DNA from: Octopus bimaculoides | Taxonomy: Eukaryota | Reading direction: 5' to 3' | Length of the DNA: 64,000 nucleotides | Assembly (NCBI RefSeq): GCF_001194135.2 | Contig: NC_068996.1 | Coordinates: 9,538,296 to 9,602,295, forward strand | In this document: in pieces, positions 52,005-64,000 of the stretch | How positions within the stretch are numbered: position 1 is the first letter of the stretch | Layout: each line of letters opens with the position of its first letter | Position numbers and translations under genes: made by a program | The notes under the pieces: generated by a model | The model's database searches: none | What the model was told of the DNA's origin: nothing | Seen by the model: only the letters and a program-made list of their open reading frames with translations

Positions 52005-53081
52005 TATACCAATTTGAATTTACCAGAATGCATTGATAAACAACTTCATCGTTTATCTGTGTATATTTATACATGCACATACACACATATATGAAGCAAA
52101 AAAAAATAGCAGACAAAACCACGGCTGAGAAATATAAATATGAAAGTTCCAGAAATATAAGGTTTATTTACCAAGAGGAGTGTGCGGTGTAACATTTTGT
52201 GTTGTGCTTTTCGCTCGGGGAGGGAGAAAAGGAGGTAAAGGTGGGTGTGCTGTTGCTTAAGCTGTACGAATATAAATGAGGAAGTAATAAAATATAAAGC
52301 AGTGTTATGGAAAATAAAAGGGATGACATAGAAAGAGGGAGAGAGAGAGAGAGAGAGCTCATGAAAATCTATGTACAAAAACTGATTAGATTCTCTTCCC
52401 TGCTAACATTCTGTCTATCGATCCAAAGTTTTCAATAAAATATGCTCAACATCTTCCTTGCAACGATCGGCCAACACAACTTACCAACACAATTGTTCCA
52501 GTTCTTCTCGAGTGTTCACTCATCTCCGTTTTATGGAGACAAGAACATATGCCAAAATATTTCTCAGGCCAGTTACTTATTCTTTTAGGTAGCTCGGCCA
52601 CTCCACTGACTGTTGTGTTTGCCTACATGTTGCGTTAAAATTACTCTTGCATATACCAAACGAAGTCTTATCTTCAGCTTTGAAATCTCTGCTCCACAGG
52701 GTATGAAGATATGCCTCAACCTTCCTATGATTAAGCCCTCCTCATAGATTCCCTACTAAGATCCTCTTCGGTTTTATTATTTTAATGAAGTATATTCCAT
52801 GCGGGTGTGTAAATAGCTACATAACGATGGGTGGGTATAATTTTGCTGTTTACGTCCATATCTGTATATATATGTTCGTATATGAGCGTGTGTCAGTATG
52901 CATGTTTACGTATGTGGGTATATATGTACGTTGGTATGTATGAGTGTATATATGCATGCGTGTATGTCATTTAAAAATGTTAGAGAGTTTTTAGGGTCCT
53001 ATCTACGAGATTTTCTTCAGAAAATTTTGTGAGAAACACTTTGATTAAAAGCATTAGCACTTCTGTAAAAGCAATAAATGA

Positions 53082-53121
<40 letters not shown>

Positions 53122-53504
53122 TGGGAGTTAAGTCTAGGTAGATATAAAGTAAGTCTCAAAAGAGGACCGAAGAACATTTAGTACTTTTATCTTAATACAT
53201 GATGTAAATAGGTCCAGAGAATATAAAACGAAGTTTACAATGGAAAATTGGTATGTTAATTAATTATTTATTTATTCTTATACCTATAAAATCCATAAAA
53301 TATAGACATTAATAAATAGATAAAATAATCAGACACATGTTTCAGCTGATTTACCAAGAGCATATCCATTTATAATTATATAATTAAATAATTAAATAAT
53401 TGATCATTACAATCTATTTAGTAAAATAGCTTCATCAGAGAATTTAAGAGAAAGTTCCAGTCGAGAGATATTCCACACCATTATCCTTCTCTTCTCTACT
53501 TTTG

Positions 53505-54070
53505 CCCGACCCCCACCTTGAATACTGTTGCCCACTGTGGTCTCCCTACACGAGACAAAGTATCAAGAAAATTGAAGCACCTCAAAGGTCAATTCCAAAA
53601 CGATTGAGAGTATGACAAACCTTGACTTTTGAGGTCGACTAGAAAAGCTCAGTCTTTATTTTCTCCAACGCCGCCGTGAGCGTTACACATCTGCATGATG
53701 TGGAAAATATTCCATCAGCATTGCCTAAACGATGTTGGTATTTCCTATTAGATACATCCGTACTATCCACCCTCAACATAAATCATACTCGCTTCCCATA
53801 ACGACAATACGGCACAATTATTTCACCTCGATTGGCCCCGCTCTCTTTAACATTACACCAAAACTCATTAAAGCAGAAACAAAGCTCATAAAGTTCAAGA
53901 AGGTCTTTGCACAAATTTCTTTAAAAAACCCCAGATAAACATCCTAGACCCGGATATGTCCCCGTAAACAACAACTCTCTCCTCGAGTGGGCCATGTTGT
54001 CCGATTCCTGATTTGAATGACTTTGCCAGGTAGTGCTATTAAGTTAGACATGGCCTGGACCAATACTGGC
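53505..54070 (+). mobile_element. CR1-clade LINE 3' end
   Basis: PHLEYCCPLWSPY...IKKIEAPQR...RLEKLSLYFLQRRRERY...GPALFNITPKLIK...GYVPVNNNSLLEWA. Confidence 0.88.
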
Positions 54071-54093
54071 CGAAACCTTGTAAAGTATCATAG

Positions 54094-54134
<41 letters not shown>

Positions 54135-55205
54135 CGTACGTACGTACGTACGTATGTATGTTTGTATGTATGTATGTCTGTACGTATGTACGTATATATG
54201 TATGTATGCATATATATATATATANNNNNNNNNNNNNNNNNNNNNNNNNNNNNNNNNNNNNNNNNNNNNNNNNNNNNNNNNNNNNNNNNNNNNNNNNNNN
54301 NNNNNNNNNNNNNNNNNNNNNNNNNNNNNNNNNNNNNNNNNNNNNNNNNNNNNNNNNNNNNNNNNNNNNNNNNNNNNNNNNNNNNNNNNNNNNNNNNNNN
54401 NNNNNNNNNNNNNNNNNNNNNNNNNNNNNNNNNNNNNNNNNNNNNNNNNNNNNNNNNNNNNNNNNNNNNNNNNNNNNNNNNNNNNNNNNNNNNNNNNNNN
54501 NNNNNNNNNNNNNNNNNNNNNNNNNNNNNNNNNNNNNNNNNNNNNNNNNNNNNNNNNNNNNNNNNNNNNNNNNNNNNNNNNNNNNNNNNNNNNNNNNNNN
54601 NNNNNNNNNNNNNNNNNNNNNNNNNNNNNNNNNNNNNNNNNNNNNNNNNNNNNNNNNNNNNNNNNNNNNNNNNNNNNNNNNNNNNNNNNNNNNNNNNNNN
54701 NNNNNNNNNNNNNNNNNNNNNNNNNNNNNNNNNNNNNNNNNNNNNNNNNNNNNNNNNNNNNNNNNNNNNNNNNNNNNNNNNNNNNNNNNNNNNNNNNNNN
54801 NNNNNNNNNNNNNNNNNNNNNNNNNNNNNNNNNNNNNNNNNNNNNNNNNNNNNNNNNNNNNNNNNNNNNNNNNNNNNNNNNNNNNNNNNNNNNNNNNNNN
54901 NNNNNNNNNNNNNNNNNNNNNNNNNNNNNNNNNNNNNNNNNNNNNNNNNNNNNNNNNNNNNNNNNNNNNNNNNNNNNNNNNNNNNNNNNNNNNNNNNNNN
55001 NNNNNNNNNNNNNNNNNNNNNNNNNNNNNNNNNNNNNNNNNNNNNNNNNNNNNNNNNNNNNNNNNNNNNNNNNNNNNNNNNNNNNNNNNNNNNNNNNNNN
55101 NNNNNNNNNNNNNNNNNNNNNNNNNNNNNACATACATACATATATGCGACTAGTTACATAAACATACATACTCCTGTCAATATAAACTAGTTTCGCTGAT
55201 GTAAA

Positions 55206-55261
<56 letters not shown>

Positions 55262-55298
55262 TATATGTAGCTGATAACTAAGAAACCAGTTCATTTGG

Positions 55299-55340
<42 letters not shown>

Positions 55341-55775
55341 AATAATAATAATAATAATAATAATATTAATTATTTTTTTATTAACCAGAAGGATTTACAT
55401 TCAGATATTACGGGCAGTACAGGACAAAACAAAAAAATGTATGTGTGTATATGTGTTGTGTGTGTATATGTGTGTGTGTATATGTGTGTGTGAGTGTATG
55501 TTGTTGCTAGGGTTTTGCGTGTAAACATGACTAACACATTTTTTCAAACATCATCAATGAGTTATCCTTGCACCATTCTCGCTACTTTCACCCACCTTTC
55601 AGCCAAACTGGTTAGAAGACAACACTTCTCTCTCTACCCTTATTTTTTCTTTTCAAGTGAAACTTGAAGTTGACTAGGGATTGGCCAAAGAGAAAAGAAA
55701 AGTGTTTGTCTTCAGTCCCTTCAATCTCGTCTACCTGATATATAAACACAGCCTTTCTCTCAAGATGGATTCAGT

Positions 55776-56590
55776 TCACAGCCGGATCCGTTCCACACGC
55801 ACCAGCAGGTATTCGACATAAACCCACAGGTCAGCAATACTTGGGCACTGGACGCATCTCGGACATGCTCGGCTGACGGCACTTCTGTGCCTGTAAAGTT
55901 TATCTCGAGCAGGCAAAACTCTGTCACGCCAAAGATTTTTGGAAATTAACCATCGGTCCCGGGCCGAAAGTACTCCGAAAAGAGCGGCTAGTTGATTTTC
56001 GACGCCCAAGATCTCCTCAAGAACGGCGTTGCACTTACCTTCCACTAATCCTCTATAGAAAGCTAAAGTGGACGTTCCGCCTATCGCAGTGTCCGATTGG
56101 CCGAAGACTGCGAGCGCTTGAAGACATTCCTCTTTCCAAATGCTTCCCTTAAGTGTCTCTGTTTTACCCATGACTGCAGCTCTGTTAAAGAAACTAACAG
56201 CGGAAACACGTGTCTGGCGAACGGCGACCACAGCTGTTCCCCGTCAAGGAAGCACTGGAGATGCCGTAACCTCAGCGCATTTCTGCGCATCATCAACCAC
56301 GGCGTGCCCAGGTCACCACTCAACGGGTGTTGACAGCAAATAGACCGCCTAACCATCGGGACGCGTTCCTTTCACAAGAAGCGGAAGAGTATACACTCCA
56401 GCGCACTAGCGTAGCTAAAGTGTGTAACATCCGGGGTGGCCCTTCCGTTTGTCGCCTACATAAACAAAAAAAACATATTGCCTACAGCAGACCCAAAAGT
56501 GCCGCCCCATTAAAAGTGCCGCCCGAGGCGGACCGCCCATTCCCTCTCTAGCTACGCTAGTGCTCCAGCGTAATCAGACGGTGGCCAGAA
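55776..56590 (-). mobile_element. Tx1/L1-type LINE fragment (ORF2 C-terminal region), interrupted by a MITE
   Basis: ILFRFL.KGTRPMVRRSICCQHP...RRNALRLRHLQ...LWRDRVLPARDKLYRH...ACPRC. Confidence 0.85.
56404..56562. mobile_element. 159-bp hAT-type MITE with 8-bp TSD
   Basis: TIR cactagcgtagcta/tagctacgctagtg. TSD ctccagcg at 56396-56403 and 56563-56570. Confidence 0.9.
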
Positions 56591-56838
56591 CATTGATTTC
56601 TTGTATTCTTCCTTTCTACTTGGAGAGTTTAAATGTAGTTATAAAAATATGTCCTTCTGTTGAAATGAAATTTCAGTAAATTTCTATATCTTTGTGCAGC
56701 TGAGGATTGCTCTGCATTTTACATTTGATGTAATGTTCACATTGCTTAATTAAATGGAGTCGCATGAAATGATCGTACTGCATTAACTTTGGATATCCTT
56801 GTTGCTTATTTTGATTTTATTCACCTTATATATATATA

Positions 56839-57694
56839 TTCGTAGCCACTTTAACATGGTTGTCCGTTCAAGCGGACTCTACTGCGATTTTTTAACCCCG
56901 AGAGGACATCTCCTCAAGCTGNNNNNNNNNNNNNNNNNNNNNNNNNNNNNNNNNNNNNNNNNNNNNNNNNNNNNNNNNNNNNNNNNNNNNNNNNNNNNNN
57001 NNNNNNNNNNNNNNNNNNNNNNNNNNNNNNNNNNNNNNNNNNNNNNNNNNNNNNNNNNNNNNNNNNNNNNNNNNNNNNNNNNNNNNNNNNNNNNNNNNNN
57101 NNNNNNNNNNNNNNNNNNNNNNNNNNNNNNNNNNNNNNNNNNNNNNNNNNNNNNNNNNNNNNNNNNNNNNNNNNNNNNNNNNNNNNNNNNNNNNNNNNNN
57201 NNNNNNNNNATATATATATAATCTCTGGCAGACGAGATGTCTAGTATTGAGGAGTGGCAGAAATAGCCCAAAAAGCAGCGAGCTGGCAGAAACGTTAGCA
57301 CGCCGGGCGAAACGCTTATCGGTATTCCGTCTGTCGTTACGTTCTGAGTTCAAATTCCGCCGAGGTCGACTTTGCCTTTCATCCTTTCGGGGTCGATAAA
57401 TTAAGTACCAGTTACGCACTGGGGTCGATATAATCGACTTAATCCCTTTTTCTGTCCTTGTTTGTCCCCTCTATGTTTAGCCCCTTGTGGGGAAAGAAAT
57501 AAGAAATAACTCGAAATCAGGACTGGTCTACTGGTCCCGTCACTAGGAGATGGTAGGGGTTCGCTCCCCTGCTTGCAATTTTATTGGATGCAGCTGGGCA
57601 TTGTTAACCAGCTAGAGGAGATGTCCTTTTGGGGGTTAAAATAAATCGCAGTAGACTCTGCTGAAACGGACAGCCATGTCAAAGTGGCTACGAA
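56839..57694. mobile_element. TA-flanked element with long (>=80 bp) imperfect TIRs
   Basis: ttcgtagccactttaacatggttgtccg...ggacatctcctc pairs with gaggagatgtcc...cggacagccatgtcaaagtggctacgaa. Gap and SINE inside. Confidence 0.82.
57275..57508 (+). mobile_element. SINE family B nested in the TIR element
   Basis: gcgagctggcagaaacgttagcacgccgggcgaa...gttctgagttcaaattccgccgaggtcgac...aaataagaaata. Confidence 0.92.
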
Positions 57695-58020
57695 TATTAC
57701 TTGACAGTACTACTGCTGCGTTGATCTCTTAGATCTAGCATTTTTGCTTATATGTGCGTGTGTGTATGTGTGTGTGTGTATATAATTCACACTACACAAG
57801 GATGTTACTTCCTTCGTACTTTTCTTAAATAAAAGGAAACACTACTTTGCTAGACACAGGTCATCTGTAGTTTCTTCTTTCCTTTGAACTAACTCATGTC
57901 TGGGATCCCCTTAATATTCACAACTTTTGCAAAAGATGAAGCATTAATATTTAATTTCCATTGTTTTGTTTTCTCATTTCAGCGCTATTCTATTTTGGTA
58001 CATTTAATTAAAAGTTAGAC

Positions 58021-58070
<50 letters not shown>

Positions 58071-58331
58071 NNNNNNNNNNNNNNNNNNNNNNNNNNNNNN
58101 NNNNNNNNNNNNNNNNNNNNNNNNNNNNNNNNNNNNNNNNNNNNNNNNNNNNNNNNNNNNNNNNNNNNNNNNNNNNNNNNNNNNNNNNNNNNNNNNNNNN
58201 NNNNNNNNNNNNNNNNNNNNNNNNNNNNNNNNNNNNNNNNNNNNNNNNNNNNNNNNNNNNNNNNNNNNNNNNNNNNNNNNNNNNNNNNNNNNNNNNNNNN
58301 NNNNNNNNNNNNNNNNNNNNNNNNNNNNNNN

Positions 58332-58380
<49 letters not shown>

Positions 58381-58852
58381 TTGTTAAGTGTCGTGTAGAC
58401 TTGAGAAATTTCAACAGGCGTTCCAAATCTTTTCGTTTATGCACCACCCATAGTAACTTATACATCTTCCTATTAATATTCGTGTTAACGTTCTGGAATG
58501 GACCTGGGTAACGGTTCCTTTAGTCTAACGCTTTCTCATTTGAATCAATTTTAGTGAGCGTAAAGAATGACAAATGGCCATCTTGGTGTGAAAATATTCA
58601 GTCGAAGAAAAATATCGCGACAAACCGTTTTTCCACCCTCAGAAAAATTGCGTAGAGGTTAAATAATATAAGCAGCTCTTTTGGCAGTATTCCAGTATAG
58701 AAAAAAAGAAACAAATAAAAATGGTTATTAGGCAATAAAACGTAGTAAAATCGATTCGTCAAGAGTTCTGCGAAACGAAGCACTCACATCAAACAACTAC
58801 GACAACAATAACAGCAGCAACGACAGCAACCGTAACAACAACAACAACAATA

Positions 58853-60300
58853 TGTTTTGTGATGGTGTAAAAGAAGGGGGGAGAGCAAATATTCTGCTTA
58901 ATACCACAGATTTGCTTGTCAGTTGTTTGACCTTAACCAGTTGAGCATGTCCCTTGGTGGCTGATAATATGTGCATCTCTGATAATGAGCAGAAGTAGTG
59001 AGGGGAGCATCATAGCCATGTGTTGAGAGGAATTTTTTGGGGTTTGAATAATTCACCTTTGGAAATATATGTGTTTCGCTCATCATCCTTAAACAACCCT
59101 TATTCAGGGACCTTTTGAGCGGGATGGGCTACTCGACCTGAAGAAAATTCTAACTGGGCTCCACCTGCGAGGTCATGCGCTGTTTATCTTGATATGAGAT
59201 TGTAAGAACGACCGTGCGTACTCTAAAAGGAGAAATGGTGACGAATGGGAAAATAGAGGACTCCTTTTTTTTAAAACGCGTCACACAGTCGAACACAAAA
59301 ATAATATATATCAAAGATGATATACAAAATAATGTTATACTACGATAACATAGATGACCAGTAATGAAAGACCACAACCGTATAAAATGAATAACAGAAA
59401 TATTTATTGTAGCGTTAAAGATATATGTCTGTGTGTGAGTGTGAATGCGACATATAAGAACATAATCAAAGACAGGCCGTCGTACAAAGAAAAGTGTGTA
59501 TGTGAGTGATACATGTATGTGTATGTGAGATATTACAGCAGATAGAAAGAGAGTCAGTAACCGTGAGCATTTATACCAGTTCTTAGAGTACACATTAGTA
59601 GGAGTCTGTATGTGNNNNNNNNNNNNNNNNNNNNNNNNNNNNNNNNNNNNNNNNNNNNNNNNNNNNNNNNNNNNNNNNNNNNNNNNNNNNNNNNNNNNNN
59701 NNNNNGTGTAGACGCTGGTGGAGATTGATGCTGGTCAGTAGTAATCGTAGAATCGTGTTGGTCATGACGATGTTGCTGGTTAGTAGTCGTAGACTCGTGT
59801 TGCTGATGTGGCGGCGTCGTTGGTGGTCATCGTTGTACGAAGCTGTTGATGTGTCGCTGGCTGCCGCAGCTGCTGCTGTCGTGTGGTACACGGAACAGAT
59901 CTCAAAGAGAAACTGAACCGAGACCAATTTGCTGGGTATGAGTTGCTCTATTTAAAGCGTTCAGGGGGCTCCAAGACGATAGTAGAAAAACACTATCACG
60001 TGACCTTATTAAGGTCTGTGATTGGTCAGTTTGCGTTCTGGCGGGAACGGTTCGAAGAAGTTGCCGATTCGATTAATAATCAGTCACGTGATGACAAGGA
60101 ATGATTTTCCCGCTACGCCCGCGCTTGTTTATATTTAAATGAGAAGAATGGCGATAAGTAGTTTCACTACAAGATCACCATGTCGCGCACATATGGTCGT
60201 GATGCATATGGCTGGTGTACTCTTATCAGACGGGTAATCATGATGGGTATACTTTTACCTCACGTCACTTTAATGGCACGCGCTGCTCAATAATAATAAT
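58853..60300 (+). mobile_element. Repeat family C interrupted by a solo LTR
   Basis: Family C reads ...cttgatatgagat| LTR |agatcaccatgtcgcgcac... and ends in (AAT)n. Confidence 0.88.
59201..60171 (-). mobile_element. Solo LTR with 4-bp TSD (probably Ty3/Gypsy)
   Basis: tgtaag...actaca termini. TSD agat at 59197-59200 and 60172-60175. Homologous to 13321-14403. Confidence 0.88.
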
Positions 60301-60309
60301 AATAATAAA

Positions 60310-60850
60310 GCAATACCAGGCATTGGCTCTCATGGCTTCTAACCTCAACTGATTGAATGTGTTATCATTTACATGTTTTCGTGTTCGTGTAAAAGATGGG
60401 TTACAACAAAAATCCTGCTTAATACCACAGATTTGCTTGTAAGCTGCTTGACCAGTTAAGCATGTCCCTTAGTGGCTGACGATATGTGCATCTCTGATCA
60501 CGAGCAGAAGTAGTGGGGGAGCATCATAGCCATGTGTTGAGAGGAATTCTTTGGGGTTTGAATGATTCACCTTTGGAAACATGGGTGTTTTGCTCAACAT
60601 CCTTAAACAAACCTTATTCAAGAACCTTTTGAGCGGGATGGGCTACTCGACCCAAAGAAAATTCTAATTGGGCTTCACCTGCAAGGCCATGCGCTGTTTA
60701 TCTTGATATGACGTCGCCATGTTTCACACATATGGTTGTGACGCATGTGCCTGGTGTACCCTTATCAGACGGGTAGTCATGATGGGTATACTGGGCTTCG
60801 TATATTTCTACACCAGTGTCACTTTGATGGCACGCATTTCTCTCTCCCTC

Positions 60851-60880
<30 letters not shown>
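60310..60880 (+). mobile_element. Second tandem copy of repeat family C
   Basis: Begins just after the previous (AAT)n tail and ends in (AAT)n at 60850-60883. Confidence 0.88.
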
Positions 60881-60886
<6 letters not shown>

Positions 60887-60889
60887 TTC

Positions 60890-61075
60890 TACTATAGGCT
60901 CAAGGCCTGAAATTTTCGTAAAGGGGCTAGTCGATTAGATCGACCTCAGTATTTCACTGGTACTTATTCTATCAACCCTAAAAGATAAAAGGCAAAGTCA
61001 ACCTTGGCAAAATTTCAACCCAGAACGTGAAGACAGACAAAATGCCGCCATGCTGGCGTCCTAACGATTTTGCCT
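60890..61075 (-). mobile_element. SINE family B, old copy
   Basis: aggctcaaggcctgaaattttc...aaaggcaaagtcaaccttggcaaaatttcaacccagaacg. Confidence 0.8.
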
Positions 61076-61185
61076 GCACGAACAATAACAACATCAATGT
61101 ATTTCTCCAATTCATTGTATTAGATACACGGTCACTAAGTTTCGTCACTGATATGTCAACTTACTATGCTTGTCTACTGCGCTTA

Positions 61186-61283
61186 TGTACTGCACTTTCA
61201 TACTGCGCCTACGTACTACGCCAACGTACTACGCCAACGTACTACGCCAACGTACTACGCCTACCTACAGCGCCTACGTACTG
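61186..61283. repeat. 13-bp minisatellite (acgtactacgcca)n
   Basis: Three exact units plus degenerate flanking units. Confidence 0.9.
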
Positions 61284-61720
61284 TATGATATAAACTTTAT
61301 ACTTTTCAGCATTTGGTATCAATTTCCAGACCATGTTAATTCGAGAATAATGTTATTCGGAACCACGTCAATGAAGAGTATACTTTAGAAGCAATAGCAG
61401 TCCTTGATATTGTTTTATAATATCAGCTATCGCTTCTGTTGTTAAAGGTACCCTGTATTTTAAATACTTCACATTATGACCACCAGACTATTGGTTGAAC
61501 AGTAACTGCGTTGAAATGCACGAATTGCTGTAGCCATAACAGTGAGCGGTTTCTCTTCAAATATGCAAACCGTTGCATCTATCTTCGCAACACTAGCATC
61601 TCTACAACTTACCCACGGCTACGATGTATGTTCAAAGAAATAGTTTTACATAATATTCGGGAAGTTACGCCACTGATCTATTGATGTGATAGTGGTCGAT
61701 AAAAATACAATATAACAGAT

Positions 61721-61772
<52 letters not shown>

Positions 61773-61874
61773 GGAGAGAGACGGAGAGAGACGGAGAGAG
61801 CTATAGCATATATAGATAAGTAGAGATATATGTGTGTATTTGCACACACACACACACACGCATATATATATATA

Positions 61875-61940
<66 letters not shown>

Positions 61941-62240
61941 NNNNNNNNNNNNNNNNNNNNNNNNNNNNNNNNNNNNNNNNNNNNNNNNNNNNNNNNNNNN
62001 NNNNNNNNNNNNNNNNNNNNNNNNNNNNNNNNNNNNNNNNNNNNNNNNNNNNNNNNNNNNNNNNNNNNNNNNNNNNNNNNNNNNNNNNNNNNNNNNNNNN
62101 NNNNNNNNNNNNNNNNNNNNNNNNNNNNNNNNNNNNNNNNNNNNNNNNNNNNNNNNNNNNNNNNNNNNNNNNNNNNNNNNNNNNNNNNNNNNNNNNNNNN
62201 NNNNNNNNNNNNNNNNNNNNNNNNNNNNNNNNNNNNNNNN

Positions 62241-62289
<49 letters not shown>

Positions 62290-62656
62290 TTATCTATGTA
62301 TGTATTTATGCACAAGTGTGTGTGTGTGTTTATGCAGAAAGATAGCTATGCATCTAAACAGTTACCGAATCATCCACATAAATGGTTATGTATATACATA
62401 CACATCATACACAGACATATATACAAATGTGAAGCTACATGGAGACAGCCATATGACTGAAACGGTTAACGGAATAAAAGAGCATAAAATTATTATATAA
62501 TAAAATGTAAGTAATATACTATATAATGTATGTATGGTGCATGTATACGTATATACACACACATACACACGCACACACACACACGCACACACGCACACAC
62601 GCACATACACACACACACACATATATATATATATGTGTGTGTGTGTGTATGTATGT

Positions 62657-63022
62657 GGAGGCGCAATGACCCAGTAGTTAGGACAGCAGACTCGCGGTCA
62701 TAGGATCGCGGTTTCGATTCCCAGACCGGGCGTTGTGAGTGTTTATTGAGCGAAAACACCTAAAAGCTCCATGAGGCTCCGTCAGGGGATGGTGGCGAAC
62801 CCTGCTGTACTCTTTCACCACAACTTTCTCTCACTCTTACTTCCTGTTTCTGTTGTGCCTGTAATTCAAAGGGTCAGCCTTGTCACACTGTGTCACGCTG
62901 AATATCCCCGAGAACTACGTTAAGGGTACACGTGTCTGTGGAGTGCTCAGCCACTTGCACGTTAATTTCACGAGTAGGCTGCTCTGTAGATCGGCGTCGT
63001 AAGCGACGGAGTGCCAACAACA
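62657..63022 (+). mobile_element. SINE family D
   Basis: Near-identical to 46288-46683, with a short deletion before the tail. Confidence 0.92.
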
Positions 63023-63311
63023 TATATATGTATATTTATGTCTATATTTACTTATACATACATACACACACTTGTATGTATATAGGTATAATTGCCTAGT
63101 GCATAAAGTGATGCACTGGCGATCTCAAAATCGTGGTTTCGATTCCCAGATAGGGCGTTGCGCTGTATTCTTGAACAGAACGCTTCATCTGATTTTGCTA
63201 TGCAATCGCAAGGTTACCTGATGTGTGGTATACCGTGCACCTGTACAAGCAATTTCGATTCGATGGAGTAAGTGAGCTAATGTACCGTACAAGTATTTCT
63301 TTCCTATAAAC

Positions 63312-63850
63312 GCGGGGTCACCAAACATTTTCGACCATTGACCCCCCCCTTTAGCCACTTTTCCTTCTGCATCGACCCCACCCCCTTTTGTCACTTCTCC
63401 TTCCGCATCGACCATCCACTTCATTTAAAATATCTTATTACTCTACCGTACCCTATCTTAAATGCATGCCGGGTACTGATGCTGGCAATTAGAATGTCAG
63501 CTAAAATATACATTTACGACAAATAAAAAAATTCTATTGACGATGAAACACTTTTTACATTTAAAACTACGTGTACGAGTATACGGTATTAAACTTTCAA
63601 TTTTTACGAAATTGTTTTCACGGTCAGAAAATGCGAAAAACGCATCATATTGCTGGAATATCTTTTATTGAAATTAACAACATCAGAGCGAGGGATGAGC
63701 AAGGCGCTGACTAACTATTTCAAGCAGTTCATCTGGGTGAGCTGGTTTTTTTACACGCCGACCCCATTCGACCCGTTGGCTATCATCGACCCCCTGTAAT
63801 TCCTCACCGACACCTAGCGGGTTCCCTTGGACCCCCTTCGGTGACCCCTG
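63312..63850. mobile_element. hAT (Charlie/Buster-like) MITE with 8-bp TSD
   Basis: TSD ctataaac at 63304-63311 and 63851-63858 (central TA). Ends gcggggtcacc / ggtgacccctg. Confidence 0.8.
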
Positions 63851-63954
63851 CTATAAACCAATCAATTACGCAGGTTGTTTAGCAATAAACTGCTGAATCC
63901 TCATCTGGCATCTACGACTGTAGAGTCCATAATATATATACATACATACATACA

Positions 63955-63986
<32 letters not shown>

Positions 63987-64000
63987 CATACATATATATA

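Noticed and set aside
52400-52800. Possible old RTE fragment (PPHRFPTKILF)
   Set aside because: Too degraded to define strand-consistent boundaries.

Overview
This is AT-rich, very repeat-dense metazoan genomic DNA from a gappy draft assembly. I count 18 N-gaps, most of them opening inside microsatellites or repeats. The SINE and repeat sequences resemble those I know from Octopus; this is inference, not a database result. There is no intact long protein-coding gene, only two or three weak candidate exons of an unidentified host gene on the + strand. Recognisable coding sequence is transposon-derived and degraded: two Penelope-like elements (Neptune-type at 0.4-1.6 kb, Poseidon-type at 3.8-5.6 kb), R4/Dong-like RLE retrotransposon ends, Tx1/L1, RTE, CR1 and another APE-type LINE, plus mariner and hAT relics. 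Non-coding elements include three solo LTRs, several MITEs with visible TSDs and at least three tRNA-derived SINE families. Three signals stand out. (1) A Penelope terminal repeat combines a tRNA-like Pol III head with a minimal hammerhead ribozyme and also occurs on its own and as a palindrome. (2) Two further, unrelated hammerhead-like motifs each sit beside an inverted duplication. (3) A Merlin-like MITE with an 8-bp TSD carries telomere-like (TTAGGG)n/(CCCTAA)n arrays inside a triply nested mariner. Most ORF-track entries are microsatellite or N-gap artefacts.
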